The notes beneath the pieces were generated by a model. It ran no database searches. It was not told where the DNA came from and saw only the letters and a program-made list of their open reading frames with translations. From NCBI GenBank assembly GCA_043228905.1, contig JBHGNT010000002.1, forward strand, positions 25,358,001 through 25,422,000: 64,000 nt of DNA, in the 5' to 3' direction. The first letter of the stretch is position 1; each line of letters starts with the position of its first letter. Source of the stretch: Azolla caroliniana (lineage: Eukaryota > Plantae > Polypodiophyta). Position numbers and translations under genes: made by a program. Of this stretch, positions 1 through 12,929 are shown piece by piece.

Positions 1-460
1 AGTCTTGAGGTATTCTTCATCCCCTCTAATCGCATCAAACTTCAACCCTTGTACTCAAATCACTCATCCTTTTGGTAGTCATATAGTGTTGTTTCCATTA
101 CTCTATCAACACCCTCCTCCTTTACCTCTTCCCCGTGTCACTTCACCATTTTCTATATTGATCAAGGTCATACACAACTATGAGGTCTCGAGGCATTCTT
201 TGCCTTGGTCATTCCCTTGAACTACAATCTTTATACTCTAGTTATTCTCATCTCCTTTGGATAATATTATGGTTGTCTTTCTCACTTTATCAATGTCATC
301 TTCCTTTATCTCTCATATTTTCGAGCTTCATATTTATTTAGTGTAGATCCATCATCTATGGGCCCATCCATTACTTTGATGCACTCGTCAAACCCTTAAT
401 TTCACAATATACCCATAATATGGTCGAACATACTCACGTTAATTCCTTTGCCATCAACGT

Positions 461-545
461 CGTCACCTTTCTTGGGTACTCTTCTCTACTCCATCGAGGT
501 CATCACCTTCCTTAGGTACTCTTCTCTACTCCATTGGGGTCACCT
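461..545. repeat. ~40-bp imperfect tandem duplication
   Basis: tcacctt(t/c)ctt(g/a)ggtactcttctctactccat occurs twice back to back. Confidence 0.75.
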
Positions 546-962
546 TGATGCAACATCTCAATAGATTGTATGTTGCACAAACAGAAGTATTCAATTTGGC
601 TATTCCACTCTTCACCCTTGAACATTTCCTTTGAGTCATACGCCATTAGTAAGATCTTGAGTTCATTCTCTCTTGATGCATCCATATCTACCTTGCACAA
701 TTTTGTAGTGTGGTTCACCAAAGGATATCGTGGGAGGCCGTGTTGCACGCTCACGAGCATGTGCATGGTCTCTATTCACGGCGAGTGAAGATGATATAGA
801 TAAGCTTTCATTTCAAGAGAATCAATCAGATGAACAGAGCTCGGATCAGGTTTAAAACAAAAAATGAGGCTAGAGATTCTACTCTTAGGATGGAGTGACA
901 AAGAGAAGGAAGCATATGGAAATCAAAATTAAATTACAGATACACAACACGTACCAAAGAAA

Positions 963-1110
963 GGGAAGCAAAAAGCGGAGATCTGTTAAGGCATCGGTCT
1001 ACCGGGTTCCCGACAACCGTGGCTAAGAACATCGGGGAAGCAGAAAGCGGAGATATGTTATGGCACCAATGTACCGGGGCCCCAACAAGCATGGTTTAAG
1101 AACATCGGGG
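963..1110. repeat. ~72-bp imperfect tandem duplication upstream of the bromodomain gene
   Basis: gggaagca(a/g)aaagcggagat(c/a)tgtta...taccggg...aagaacatcgggg present twice. Confidence 0.8.
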
Positions 1111-1124
1111 TCCGCTCACTGTCC

Positions 1125-1148
1125 GGGGGGGGGGGGGGGGGGGGGGGG
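1125..1148 (+). repeat. poly-G tract (24 nt)
   Basis: Uninterrupted G run seen directly. Confidence 0.95.
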
Positions 1149-1397
1149 TGTTGCTTGTTGTGGGAAGAACCCCGAGAAACGTGTCAAGTATAGAGATGGC
1201 ATGGCGGCAGTTTGGCATGTGAAAGAACGAACGAACGAATGCTGAAAAGCTTGAGTGAGGGTAAGAGAGATCAGCCCTCGAGGTGGAGATTGGATCAGGA
1301 TGGGCAGGCCATTTGGGGGAAGGAGGAGAATGGCCACGATGGACATTGGACATACAAAGAAAGAAAGAAGGGAGGAAATAATAATGTCTTTGGGCAA

Positions 1398-4300
1398 ATG
1401 GACAAGTCACAAGACAACAGCAGAAAGAGTAGGTGTAGAGGAGGAGGAAGGAGAAGAAGAAGAAGAAGAAGAAGAAGAAACAGAGGAGAGATTGAAGAAG
1501 AAGAAGAAGAAGAAGAAGAAGAAGGAGAAAAGGAAGAAGAAAAGAAGGTGGGGGGGGGGAAAAGAAAGACGATGATGCTGAGGAAGAAGAAGAAGAAGAA
1601 CAACAAGAGACCCCTCCTCCTCCTCCCTCTTCTTCCATCTCCATCTCCTCCTCCTCCTCCTCCTCCTCCTCCTCACCTTCTTTCCCCTTCCCTCAAATCC
1701 CTCTCTTCTTCTTCTAACACCACCAAACCATCGCCATCGCCATCGCCATCGCCACAGCAGCAACAACAACAGCCCTCCTCCTCTTCTCCTTCTCCCTCTA
1801 CTCCCACAAAGAAGAAGAAACTCCTCCAAATCATCCTCAACACCCCTAACCCTAACCCTAACCCTAATTTCCCTACTCCTAACCCTAACCCTAACCCTAA
1901 TTCTACTTCTTGGTTCCTCTCTTCCCCCTCCTCCTCCTCCTCCTCCTCTTTCCCTGCTTCTCCCCCTCCCCCTCCCCCACCCACCCTCCCTCCCCCTCAT
2001 CTTCACCCTCATCATAGCCAACACCACCAGCATCATCAGCAACAGCTTCTCCTGCAACAGCAGAAGCAAGAGATTCTTCATCAGCAGACCCAGAAGCTCA
2101 CCTCCGAGCTCCACTTCAAACTCCAGCAGCAACATCTGCACCATCTCCAGCTTCAGCAACATCACCCGGAGCTTTTGCAGCACTTAAAACACCATATCTA
2201 TCAGCATCCGAACACAGATCTAAGACACGAAGAGCAGGGGCTGAGAAGCCCTAACCTCAATTATGGCTCTAACCCTAGCCTTAGCCCCAATTCTAACTCT
2301 AACTCTAACCCTAACCCTAAACGCAGTCGCGTTGTTTTCCAAGATCACAATCCTTCGACCAATGGGGCAAATAAAATGGACCCTTTACTTGCGGAGGTAA
2401 TTGTATGTTGCATGTGACTGCGACATTTCCCATTTGATCTGTTTGAATTTCCCACGTTTCCTTATTTTATTTCATTTTGATTTCTTGTATAATTAATTGA
2501 TGGTATGTATTTCTCTGTCTAAAATAGGGGAAATTTCTCAGAAATTCAGCAATTGAAACACCTCCTCCAAGTATGTTGTGCATTTTTTATGGGTTCTTTT
2601 TCTCATCTAATTCCACTTCATTGATGTGCTGGAATAAATGGAACTCGTTCTTATGATTTTCAGAAGCCACGGATTTATCTGAAACCTCTGTTGTGCCCAC
2701 TAAGAAAGCTCTGAGAGGGGTTTTGGAAGAATTGCAGAAGTATGCGTTCTCTTGTGTCTTTATATTGCTAATTTATGTACCTTATTGCACAATCACGGGG
2801 GTGGGGGGGGGGGTGCTTTTTTGAAGGAGGAAAATATATCAAGATGCGGAATGTTCTATTACACAAAAAGGAAGATATTTTCATGGCCTAATCCCATCTT
2901 ATGCATATAGACATTTCTACCTTTTGCTGAAAATGCATATTTTCTTATATTCCCTTATTTGAATTCAGGAAAGATAAATTTGGAGTTTTCTCAGAACCAG
3001 TTGATGCAAAAGAGGTGAGAACACTGTCTAGTATATTTAACATCCTAGCTTTCGTTTTAGTTCCAATTATCCTTAACCTTAGGCTTAATGTAAAGGTTCC
3101 TGAATATTACAATATAATCAAAGAGCCGATGGATTTTGGAACCATGAAGAAACGGATCACATCCGGTTACTACATCAATTTGGAGCTTTTCGAGGTAGTT
3201 AAGAAAACAATCAGATCTACAGCCTTATTTTTATTCATGAAACATTGCCTTTTGGTTTCGATGCTAACAGTTGTGTTGTATTTATTAGAAAGATGTTTTT
3301 AAGATCTGTAGTAATGCGATGACATTCAATGCAATGGGAACTGTTTATTACAAACAGGTAAGTAATTTATTAGGCTGAAGTGCAGAAGTAGTTAACGTAA
3401 AGGTTGTTTTTAGTAGTACTTCTGTTTATGGTTGCATGATATGTTTGTAGGCTCGTGCCATCAAAATTGCTGCCGAAAGGTGTTTCGGAGAGATGAGAAT
3501 AAAGTACTCATCATCCATGAATTTGGGTGGGGAGGTTGTGGCAAGACAAAAAAGTACTGTGAAACGGTCGCACAAGAAAAAAGTGACTCTAAAGACGTTG
3601 GCTGATAATCCTAATATGGAATATGCCTCAGAAGCTATGCTTAGCAATGGTGATTATGATATGGATTCTCAAGTTGATCGTGCATTTGCCCAGGCAAAAG
3701 CAAATGGAGATCATAATAAAGAACATCCATCACCAAGTGAGTGAGATGAAATTTTCACATTTCTTTGTCTTGGAGCAATTTTATGAAGCTCTGTTATGGA
3801 TCAGAAATTTCTAGATAAGACACTGGTCTTTAATTGATATCATAGTTTTTAATGTCTAATGCCACATATATGTCACGATTCACTATATCTTCCTTATATA
3901 ACAAAATAATTTTCAATCATGCAACATGATGTATCGTTAGGTTGTCTTGCTTACTAGACACTTTCACTAGATAAGGCTAAGATGCACATCTGGCATTTCA
4001 TCTGCATGTGGATCTGCTAAAATAATGTCACACAGCCCATATTCTCATTAGATCTTCCATATACAACATAATAGATTTCCTTGATGCTGTTTGTGGCAAC
4101 TTGTGAAAGTCCATACAAAACAATGTAACAAGTTGTCTTTCTACCTCGTTTCGCTAGATGAGACATTGATCGTCTACCAATATAACAGAAATTTCATGTT
4201 TAGCTAAATGAGAGCTTGATATAAGAGCATTTAAAGTGACACTATGTCTTCCATATACAGCAACGTTACTTGTCTTCATATGGTGTATCATCAGGTTATC

Positions 4301-5619
4301 TTGCGAAGTCAGGTGAGGGAAGAAGATCCCTAACAACAGATGAGAGCCGGCGAAACACATTCAAGCCCCTCTCAGTGCGGGGTGGTGCTGCCACCGCCAC
4401 TGCATTAGTAACACCATCCTTGCAATTTGTGCCGGTGAGCCTCGAGTGGCTTAAATGCTATTTCATTTTATGTTTGCCTTTATTAGTTGTAGCCTTAACA
4501 TAAAAACCTTTGTGGAACTTCTTTTCTATTTGATGCCTGCCTGTGTATTAATCTTAATAGTGACACAGAATTGTATTAAACTTTATTACTATTTCTTTAT
4601 GTAATGCCTGCTTTTATTATTAGTAATAGTAACTTTAACATGAAATCCACAGAAGTTTGTGGAATACTTTTTCTTTCCATGCCATTTTATCGTTAATAAT
4701 AGTAACCTGTATACAAATTTGTAGAAATGCTAAATGCTTCTCTTTCTTATTTGTTTCCTATTAGCCTTAACACAAATCTACACATGATTTGCAGGCAGCT
4801 TGTCAATTCCAATTCTCTTATGCAAGAAGCTTAGCATGGTTCGCTGCCGATTTAGGGCCTGATGTATGGAAAGTGGCTGAGGATAAAATTCGTCGAGCTC
4901 TTCCCCCAGGTGTTCCTTTTGGGCCAGGATGGGTTGGGGAAAGAGCATCATCGGGCATGACACCTAGTAAAATGAACATAGTCCTACATTCTAAACATGG
5001 AGACACATCTAGCCACACAAAATTAACCCATCTTCACGATGATCGAGGTCTTAGGAATGGCTCTATGGGAGGTGATTCCAATGCTAAAGAAATGGTTTCT
5101 GTTTCTGTTTCACACCTGACCAAAGGTGGTGATGTGATTTCGGATTGTCCAATTCAGCCGAAAGATTCAGCTTCTGACTCGCAAGTGTGTCAAGATGCAA
5201 TTTCAAATCATCGGATTCAGCCTTCAGACAATGGAATAGATCGGGCTGAGATGCACCCGCACCCAGTCTCTCAATTGAGCTCCCTAGGCTCCTCTGAAAG
5301 ACTGCTGAGTGAGAAGGACCAGAGTGGCCATGAGTCAGCTGCTACGGTAGGAAATATTATTGTGAAGTCGAGCACGAAGGGGTTATTACTGTGTACTGAT
5401 GTGAATCCCAAGCACAGGAATTCATCATTGTTTGTAGAGACCCAAGCTGTTGTTTCAGATACTAAAACTCGACCTTCAGTCGTTACTTCTGATGATCTGA
5501 CTCAGGATAACACCAAAGAAGGGGATAAGAATGATAATCCAGATAGGACAACGCTCCTGAAGACCAACTATTCGGAGCCTTTGCAAAATGGGAAGGTTGG
5601 TGGGACTATTCATACCTGA
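1398..5619 (+). CDS. Bromodomain-containing protein, plant BRD9/BRD7-type (BRD1/2/13-like). Exons ~1398-2396, 2528-2570, 2664-2739, 2969-3014, 3096-3194, 3289-3357, 3451-3736, 4295-4434, 4795-5619. Start uncertain: in-frame ATGs at 1239, 1398, 1572
   Basis: GT-AG splicing gives a continuous frame LQKKDKFGVFSEPVDAKEVPEYYNIIKEPMDFGTMKKRI...DVFKICSNAMTFNAMGTVYYKQAR (bromodomain, acetyl-lysine-binding Asn retained), plus family motifs DESRRNTF and YARSLAWFAADLGP...LPPGVPFGPGWVGE. Confidence 0.9.
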
Positions 5620-6760
5620 ACCCAAGGATATATATACATATATGTATTCCTAAAGATCTCCACTTCTTTCTCGATACAATGTATTCTCGCCTGTACAGCT
5701 GATGAACATGTTCATTGACAGTGTGAAAGCAACATTTATTCTTCTTCTCTATCCCTGAGGTCAATATTATCACCAGGAGAGAATCTGTTGCTGTGATTCA
5801 TCCTTGGTTTAGGATGGAGATTCCATGGCTCTGGGCAAAAATGTTTCCGAGCCACAGAATTTGTATTCTCATGCAAACTCTCGATGTAAGTTATAATTTG
5901 ATCCTTTTCAAAGTCATGCAAAAGCTTGAGGAATGGATAAAAGTGATATCTGGTCCTTTCTGGAAGTCATGCAAATACAGTTGAGGATTTGATACTCTGA
6001 ACAGGTGGTAATTGAAATTTAGTTTGAGTGATTGTGTACAGTGGTTTTGTAGTGGAATTATTGTATCAGTATTAGTCCTCTTCCCGGCCTCTAGCGTTAG
6101 TATCCCACTTTCAACTACCACCTATTTATACTGTGATCAATCCCATTTGACCCTATAATTTTTTTCTTTGGTGTGTAATTCTATCTCAGGTTCAATATAA
6201 GACGAAAATCCAATTTCAAGAAATGCTCCTTTGATTAGCAATTGGATTCAGCAAGTATGATGATGATTAGTAGATGGTTTATTTTACTGTAAAACAATTT
6301 GTAAAGCATTCAATTGCTTGCGAGCATAACATGACTGTTGCAGCTTTTTGTCATCTGAAATGGTTGGAATAAAGCTTTTATGTAATCAAGATATATGATG
6401 ATGAGAAGTAGCCAAGCTTTTTTGTGAAGCCTGCAGGCATCAGTAAATTTTAGCAATCTAAAGAAGTATAATCTTATAGGTGATGTTAGGGTGTAGTGGG
6501 GACTTCTGTGAATGAAATATCCGAGTATAATAAATGTTAAATGTTTTTGTATTTCACAAACTTCACATGAACTTCGTAAAAATGTACATATGTATACTCA
6601 CTAGTTTAAGTTTACGATCTTGCATTGGATGTTATCACATCATGTGATTGAGGTTGATATAGAAGGTAGATTGGCCATCTACGAAGATCAATCTAAAGAA
6701 ACTGGAGAAAGATTGAGGGAGATATGAGTTCATAGATTTACCCCTTATTTCTTTTTAGTC

Positions 6761-6942
6761 GTGGTATTAGCTCTAGGATTTGAAACACAATGCAAAACCA
6801 TGTTTGGAGTAGGCATGCACCTCATTGAAGGGGCAGAGATGAACTTACTTTTTCTTAATTGTGCTATTAGCTTTAGGATTGTAAGCAAGTAACCAAAGGT
6901 AGTGCAAAACCATGTATGGAATAGGCATGCACCTAATTGAAG
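6761..6942. repeat. Local duplication (~70-80 bp x2)
   Basis: gtg(g/c)tattagct(c/t)taggatt...tgcaaaaccatgt(t/a)tgga(g/a)taggcatgcacct(c/a)attgaag at 6761 and 6861. Confidence 0.75.
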
Positions 6943-6960
6943 TGTAAATTTATGTGTACA

Positions 6961-6964
<4 letters not shown>

Positions 6965-7013
<49 letters not shown>
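6965..7013. repeat. (CT)n microsatellite
   Basis: Direct reading. Confidence 0.95.
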
Positions 7014-7016
<3 letters not shown>

Positions 7017-7165
7017 GAATACATGCTTAAAGTTCAAAAAAGTGAGAATTGCATGGGAAGCAAGCAAAAAGATCCAAAAGACGCATAAAAGCAAAATTTT
7101 GTGTTTCAGTTGGATACAAGATATGGAAATTTGGTTTGGTAGATGGGATACAAGACACTTGCTTC

Positions 7166-7575
7166 ATGATGCATCACTATATTCCTTTGTAAATGAGGCC
7201 TTTTTGCAACGCCAATGTATCATGACATGGGACAAGTGTGGAGGCTCACGCTTCACACATTATACTACACATATTGCACCTAACTACAAAACCATATTCT
7301 TTGCGGAACGGGGAAACTGTACATACACATTGATACATGTTAGAGCCCATCCTGTTATCTACCATTCGAACCATTGCTTCCATACGATTTAGCTCACATG
7401 CATTGCGATGTGAGATAGGGCGTTGGAGCACAAATGATGAGAGTGGTCGGCTATGCACACTTTGCCCTAAACGAGTTTGAGAGTCTGAGTATCACACTAT
7501 GATACAATGCTCTACCTTCGATCATATTCAACCATGCTTTCCACATATCTTCGACCAAGCCCAATCCTTGCACAA
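7166..7575 (+). repeat. Dispersed repeat, copy 1 (homologous to 58019-58340); probable non-autonomous TE relic
   Basis: Shared blocks ggcctttttgcaa(c/t)gccaat..catgacat..tgtggaggctca(c/t)gctt, atgctttccaca, cccaatccttgcacaa. Confidence 0.7.
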
Positions 7576-8765
7576 ATTTCTCTCACAACCACAATGTGCA
7601 TTCTCGATTGCAACGTTCATTGGTAAAGTTCTTGAACATCGAGAGTCGCTACTCACTTTCACACGTATCACGTGAAATGTGATATTTTTGGTCTCATAGG
7701 TCATATTTGACCTTCAAAGACGATAATAGAATCTCTCTCTCTCGCTAACAACATTTATCCAATTGTTTTTATAGATGCAACAACATTTTTACTTTTAATC
7801 CCTCTTTTTAGAGAACAATATTCTCCATTTTTCTCAATGAGGAGACAATTTTATAATTCCAAGTGAAATTGAGTAGTTTATTGTCACCACTACCTGGATG
7901 GTCATAGTCCTTATTTTTCTTCATTTCGTTTGGTACTCATGGTTATAAGTACATATTGTCTTGAAAAATATTAGACTAATTTGCATGGCAAGCTATATGC
8001 TCCTCATAAACACCAGCTCAAAAAAGAGAGTATTTATAACGATGATCCTTGTTTTATTTCCTATATGTGCAACACATTGTCACAATCAGCCTTTTGTTTT
8101 GATGTCCCATTAATGTGCAACACAAATCATAGTTCCTAATGATAACATTGATGCTCTACCTCTCCTCTCCAATACATCTTTCATCTTTTAGTATTAATGA
8201 TTTTACTCTTATGTATTGGTTAATTTTTGAACCCCAAGTAACAGTTTCAATTCAGATGTGCCCTAAAATCATCAAACAAATTCGCAACCTTTATTATGTC
8301 AGAGATGTGCGTAGAATTTGCTTGTCAACTTAATGAAGATTATTGCCATAATCTCATAAATGATGTAAACTTAATAAATAGTGAAAGGAATGGAAGTACA
8401 AGTAGAAACAAAGTCATGGGAATTGAGATTTATACACAACTTCTGTTTACATCAGTATTTGCACACCATTCAACATAAATTGCTTTGCAAAACTATACAA
8501 ACGAAAAAGGTTGGCCAATTTGTCCACATTAAGATTCCATGTTGCAAAGAAAATCATACAAGAAACATTTGCATGTCTCTACATGCAAGTGGAAGACATG
8601 GCATCCCACGGTACAGAAAATACCAGTCTGAAGAATTGGGAGAGATAAAATAAAAACACAAACCAACCATTGCTACCTTCGTATTTGTTTTTCCATTTTC
8701 TTCCTTGTTTTCTCTACGATTTTCATCGATATAATAATTCGATGTACAAAAAGAAATTCTTTGGA

Positions 8766-11700
8766 TCAAGAGGGTTGTAAAGCAGCTTGTATTTCTCCAG
8801 GAAGAGGGGCCAACTCACATGCAGCGAATCGGTCTTCATCATAAAAGCCTGCCCGAACCACCCGACCACCGAAAAAGCGGCCATCAAGATCGACCAATGC
8901 TTTTGTCGCTTGTTCTGAGCGTTCAAACTGCACGAATATGCGCACAGCTTCAGTCACTGGGAACTCGGCTTCAGTGACCTCAAAGATGATCACGTTTGTC
9001 ACAGTGCCATATTTTGCACATTCTGATGCAACCTCGTCCTCTAGCTCATCATCCACTTCTCCGGGACCAACCTGTAAATAAATAGAAGACGAATCGTTTG
9101 TATACATTCTCTATTTTAATATAACACCAGAATGCCTTTTAGAATTATGGAATTTGTATGAAATAAAGAAATAAAGTTACATTAACACCCGTTAGATTAT
9201 AAAATGATATAAGCCTAGAAATTAATAGAGGGGAAAACCGCAAAATCAAATGAATGGGATAAATAAGAACTAAAAGAAAACCTAAGCTGCGGCTGCAGCT
9301 CTCTTTGAAAAGGATGCAACTGATTTTATCCATAATGAAAAATGGGCTTTATAAATTACTAATTTATACAATCAATCATCAATTAGGTATTTGATCAACA
9401 CAGTGATTAAACACAAAAATGCAGGTAAGCCTTGCAATAGTTCTTGGTTCAGCCACAATTGTAAACGTAGCTTATTTCAACTTCTATGCTTACATGCATG
9501 AAATCTGCATAGATTTGACTAGACAAGTCTGACACATTGTATCTCTTTTGTAAGTACTGCATTTTCAATATTTAAGAGACAAATGTATCTCTTTTGTAAG
9601 TACTGGAATACATATACACAGAAATATAGACATAACAAATTTTCAACTAAATAGTGCATATATGCTGCATTGATGATCGAAAAGATGGCATCCCTACAAA
9701 CATCATCCATCCTTATCACTTGAGTAGGTAAACATTCACATATCAACATTCATAGGAGACTCTAGACTCAGTTTCTATTGGTTTCCGACAGAGTGATGGA
9801 TGAAATCAATCAATTATATACAATATGCACAACTACACATAGAATGACATGCATTGTTAAAAGAAGTACATAGAACGAAGTACATGAGGTTACTGATTTC
9901 ATTAATAGACTTGTATGCAGCTTACGATTGATATGCATAGTCACAATGGAAGCAGCCTCAAGAAAGGAGACATGAAAGGGGACAGGAACGAGGATGGAAA
10001 TCCAAAAATGGCAACCATGACTGTAAAAAATGTGTTTAAATCTTCAATTTCTAAATTTCCAGTTATGAGTTATAATACATGTACCAAAAGTAATGGACTG
10101 AACATCTCATATGTATAATGGCCAGTAAGACCAAAGAAAACATGGAAACAAGATTCATGCTCTAATTTATAAAGGTAAAAACAGAAATGCATTTAGATAA
10201 CCATTATAAACCCCTACCAATAAGTTTGGCAGATTATTTCAGTTTGAGAGTGTGAGAAGAAAACCCACGATCAAGGCCTTGCACATTAGGGAAATTGGGG
10301 AGCAAATAAGTATAGAGGTTTTTGTTCAACAAGAAAGCAAAACCTCAAACATTTCATAATATTTTGCGGAAGTGTATTAAGTAAGTTTCTTAGCCTAGAA
10401 CTACATTTCCTAAGCTTGAGAAAGTCATTTCTTGCAATTATGCAACTCAAACAACTTGTCTCTTGGTACTTGGATCCCCCATCATCTGGAATGCTCCAAA
10501 TTCAACATGACCCTCTATGTCAGGATCAATACCAGCAAAAACCTCTCTAAAAAGAGTTCTTGCACTGTGCCAAATATGATAAAAAAAACAGTAGCTCAAA
10601 TGCAGCAAGACCGAAAGTAAACCTTCCAATGGGACTGCTTTTCATGTACAGCGTGCATGTACATGCAAGATATGTCTCTTTATAATGAGTAGTTGTAAAG
10701 TAAACATATAAACCTGAATGTTTAAATTAGTAGTACTAGGGGATGGTTGTATATTGACTTAGAACACAAGATACATATTCTTTTTATGTCTAATTTTTTG
10801 GCCTGCGGACAGAAAAAACTGAAGCCTATTGTCAGAATTTTTTTCATCATTTCGTTTTTCAGTTTCCTTTCACTTTCACCTCAATCTTTAAATTTCCTCT
10901 TTTTTTAAACTAACTCTGGCAAACACAGAGGTTGGTTGAATCAACAAGATGAAAAACATTCATGGATGATGTAATATGGGAGATTCCATCGCACATCCAG
11001 GAGCAAATCAGTAAACATACTGACGAGGGTTGGGGGGTCTTTCACATCCAATTACTCATACACAACACTAATTAACCACAAATAAGCTTGGATTGATACT
11101 AGAATAACTTCAAAAAATCCAATAAACACATTAAAGCATACTCAACAAGTCATTAAGGAGCAGCTGGAGTTAGCCTCTATGTTCTTAAAATGTAGATAAG
11201 CACTTTGACTTTTCATAAACTATGTTTTCTTAACAAAATAGAACTACCATGACATCTAATGGGAACTCAAATACAATCACTCACAGTAAAAAATTGGTAC
11301 ACTTATTTACTCTCATCTCACATACAATTCCTCACGAGTTCAAAATTTAGCAAACTAACCAGCAAAAATAAAGTTGCATCCAAAGAATCATAATTTTAAA
11401 AAATCTAATAATTTCCATCATTTTAATAAGTCAAATTATCCAATAGTCAAACAAAAGAACATAAAAGATACTGACCATATTTCTAAGGAGGACGACTCGA
11501 GTAGGAGGACCCAAGATTGAAACCCCTGTCTTCGCTTTCTTCTCTGCACTAGCATTAACAATAACTCCAGCTCTTCTATCAGTCTTCCTTGCCATGAGCG
11601 GTGTAGTAATACCTTGTTCTTGTTTACCCAATCCTTGTCCTTCTTTCCAACCCATTCGAGCCATCATCCGCTGGGCGGCTGTCATTTGTCCACCTACGCC

Positions 11701-12546
11701 CAAACCAAGACCTGCATTACCTGACTTACTAATAGAAAATCCTTCTCTTTCTTCTTCAGGTGATGGTGACCTTTGCTTCGTTATTGGGCTTGTTTCCAGC
11801 GGAACGCCCCCTTTGTTAGCACCACTTAACATTGCCCTTCTTTTCCATGCTTCTTCTCCACTTATGTGAAGAGACCCGCCTCTAGATTCACCTCCCCTAG
11901 ATTCACTTCTAGATTCTGATGCCTCTCTTTCTCTCTCGGATTCAATCTCGCGCAATCTTGCAATTTCCCTCTCTCTATCGTGATCTCGTTCTTCTTCTTC
12001 TTTCCTTCTCTTCTCAATTTCTCTCCTCATTTCTTCTTCAAGTTTCCTCTTCTTCCTTTCTCTACAAAGCTCTTCATAGTCATTAGGGCGTGATGGGTCA
12101 TATTCATCAATAAGGGAAGCCGAAGCGCCAACAAGATGTCGCGGAGGAGAAGAAGAAGAATGAGAATATGACGAGTTTGATGATATATCGTCGGTAATAC
12201 TGCCAGTGTAGCTTGGTGGAGGTAGAAAACCGCTGGTTTTGCTCAAGGTGGTTTTCGAAGGTGGTTTTGGTGCTGAAGATTGGTTTTGGTTTTTCAGAAC
12301 AGACGGCGGGGCAGCAAAAATCGACGGTTTTCTTAATGTAGAAGGAGCTAATTTGGTGGCACTTCCAGACCATAGAGAAGCTCCTCCTCCTCCTCCTCCT
12401 CCTCCATTCATAGAGATAGATGTAGAAGAAGATAATGATGAGGATAAAGAAGAAGACGAAATACCTTTTGAATCTTCATTATCGCCCACTAAGGTTGAAG
12501 ACGTAGAAGAAGGAGGGGGTAAATCGCCATATAGCCCACCAAGCAT
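8766..12546 (-). CDS. DRT111: DNA-damage-repair/toleration protein DRT111 / splicing factor SPF45 (RBM17) homolog. Exons 12546-11476 and 9071-8766
   Basis: Starts [13 protein letters not shown]; SF45 motif [11 protein letters not shown]; G-patch [27 protein letters not shown]; UHM/RRM VVLLRNM|[22 protein letters not shown]...[12 protein letters not shown] joined across a phase-0 GT-AG intron. Confidence 0.95.
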
Positions 12547-12654
12547 GATTGTTAAGAGAATCGCCCACGATGATTGAATTCTTAGATCGATCGAAAAGCT
12601 TTCTTTTCCTGGTCTCAGAAATGTGTAGTATGATGTAAGCTCGCCATGGAAACA

Positions 12655-12929
12655 AAACCCTAAAACAGAAACATACCCTAGAGGAGAAACAGAGGAAAAC
12701 AGAGAAGGAAAACAAAAACTCACTCTCGCAGGGCTATAAGGGCGCTTTCACACTATGCTACATCTTTTGGTGGCCTGGCCATCCTTCCAAAGTTTCGATG
12801 CTTACCGCTCTCCCGACCGATCAACGTACTTCATTGTCAGGTCTGGATTTAGGATTTGTGAAGTAATCGACAGAAAGAAAGAAAGAAAGAAAGATATATT
12901 AACGTCTTCTAAGACCAAAATTGGCCCAT
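12655..12929. promoter_or_regulatory. Telo-box (AAACCCTAA, ~12655-12663) and site II element (GGCCCA, ~12923-12928) around the DRT111 5' region
   Basis: Motifs seen directly. The telo-box plus site II pairing is known from plant ribosome-biogenesis and RNA-processing gene promoters, but both motifs are short. Confidence 0.35.
12881..12920 (-). repeat. 40-bp element, copy 1 (inverted partner of 23771-23810)
   Basis: gaaagaaagaaagatatattaacgtcttctaagaccaaaa; 39/40 identical to the reverse complement of 23771-23810. Confidence 0.9.

Noticed and set aside
1843-1901. (CCCTAA)n runs resembling vertebrate-type telomere repeats (also ~2307-2320)
   Set aside because: Short and in frame within exon 1, encoding Pro-Asn repeats; not an interstitial telomere array
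1096-2183. Several long minus-strand ORFs over the bromodomain exon 1
   Set aside because: Shadows of trinucleotide-repeat coding sequence with no domain content
12547-12723. 59-aa N-terminal extension of the DRT111 ORF in the ORF track
   Set aside because: Begins at a GTG that looks like a 5'UTR splice donor (gtgagt); the family starts at [13 protein letters not shown] (12546)
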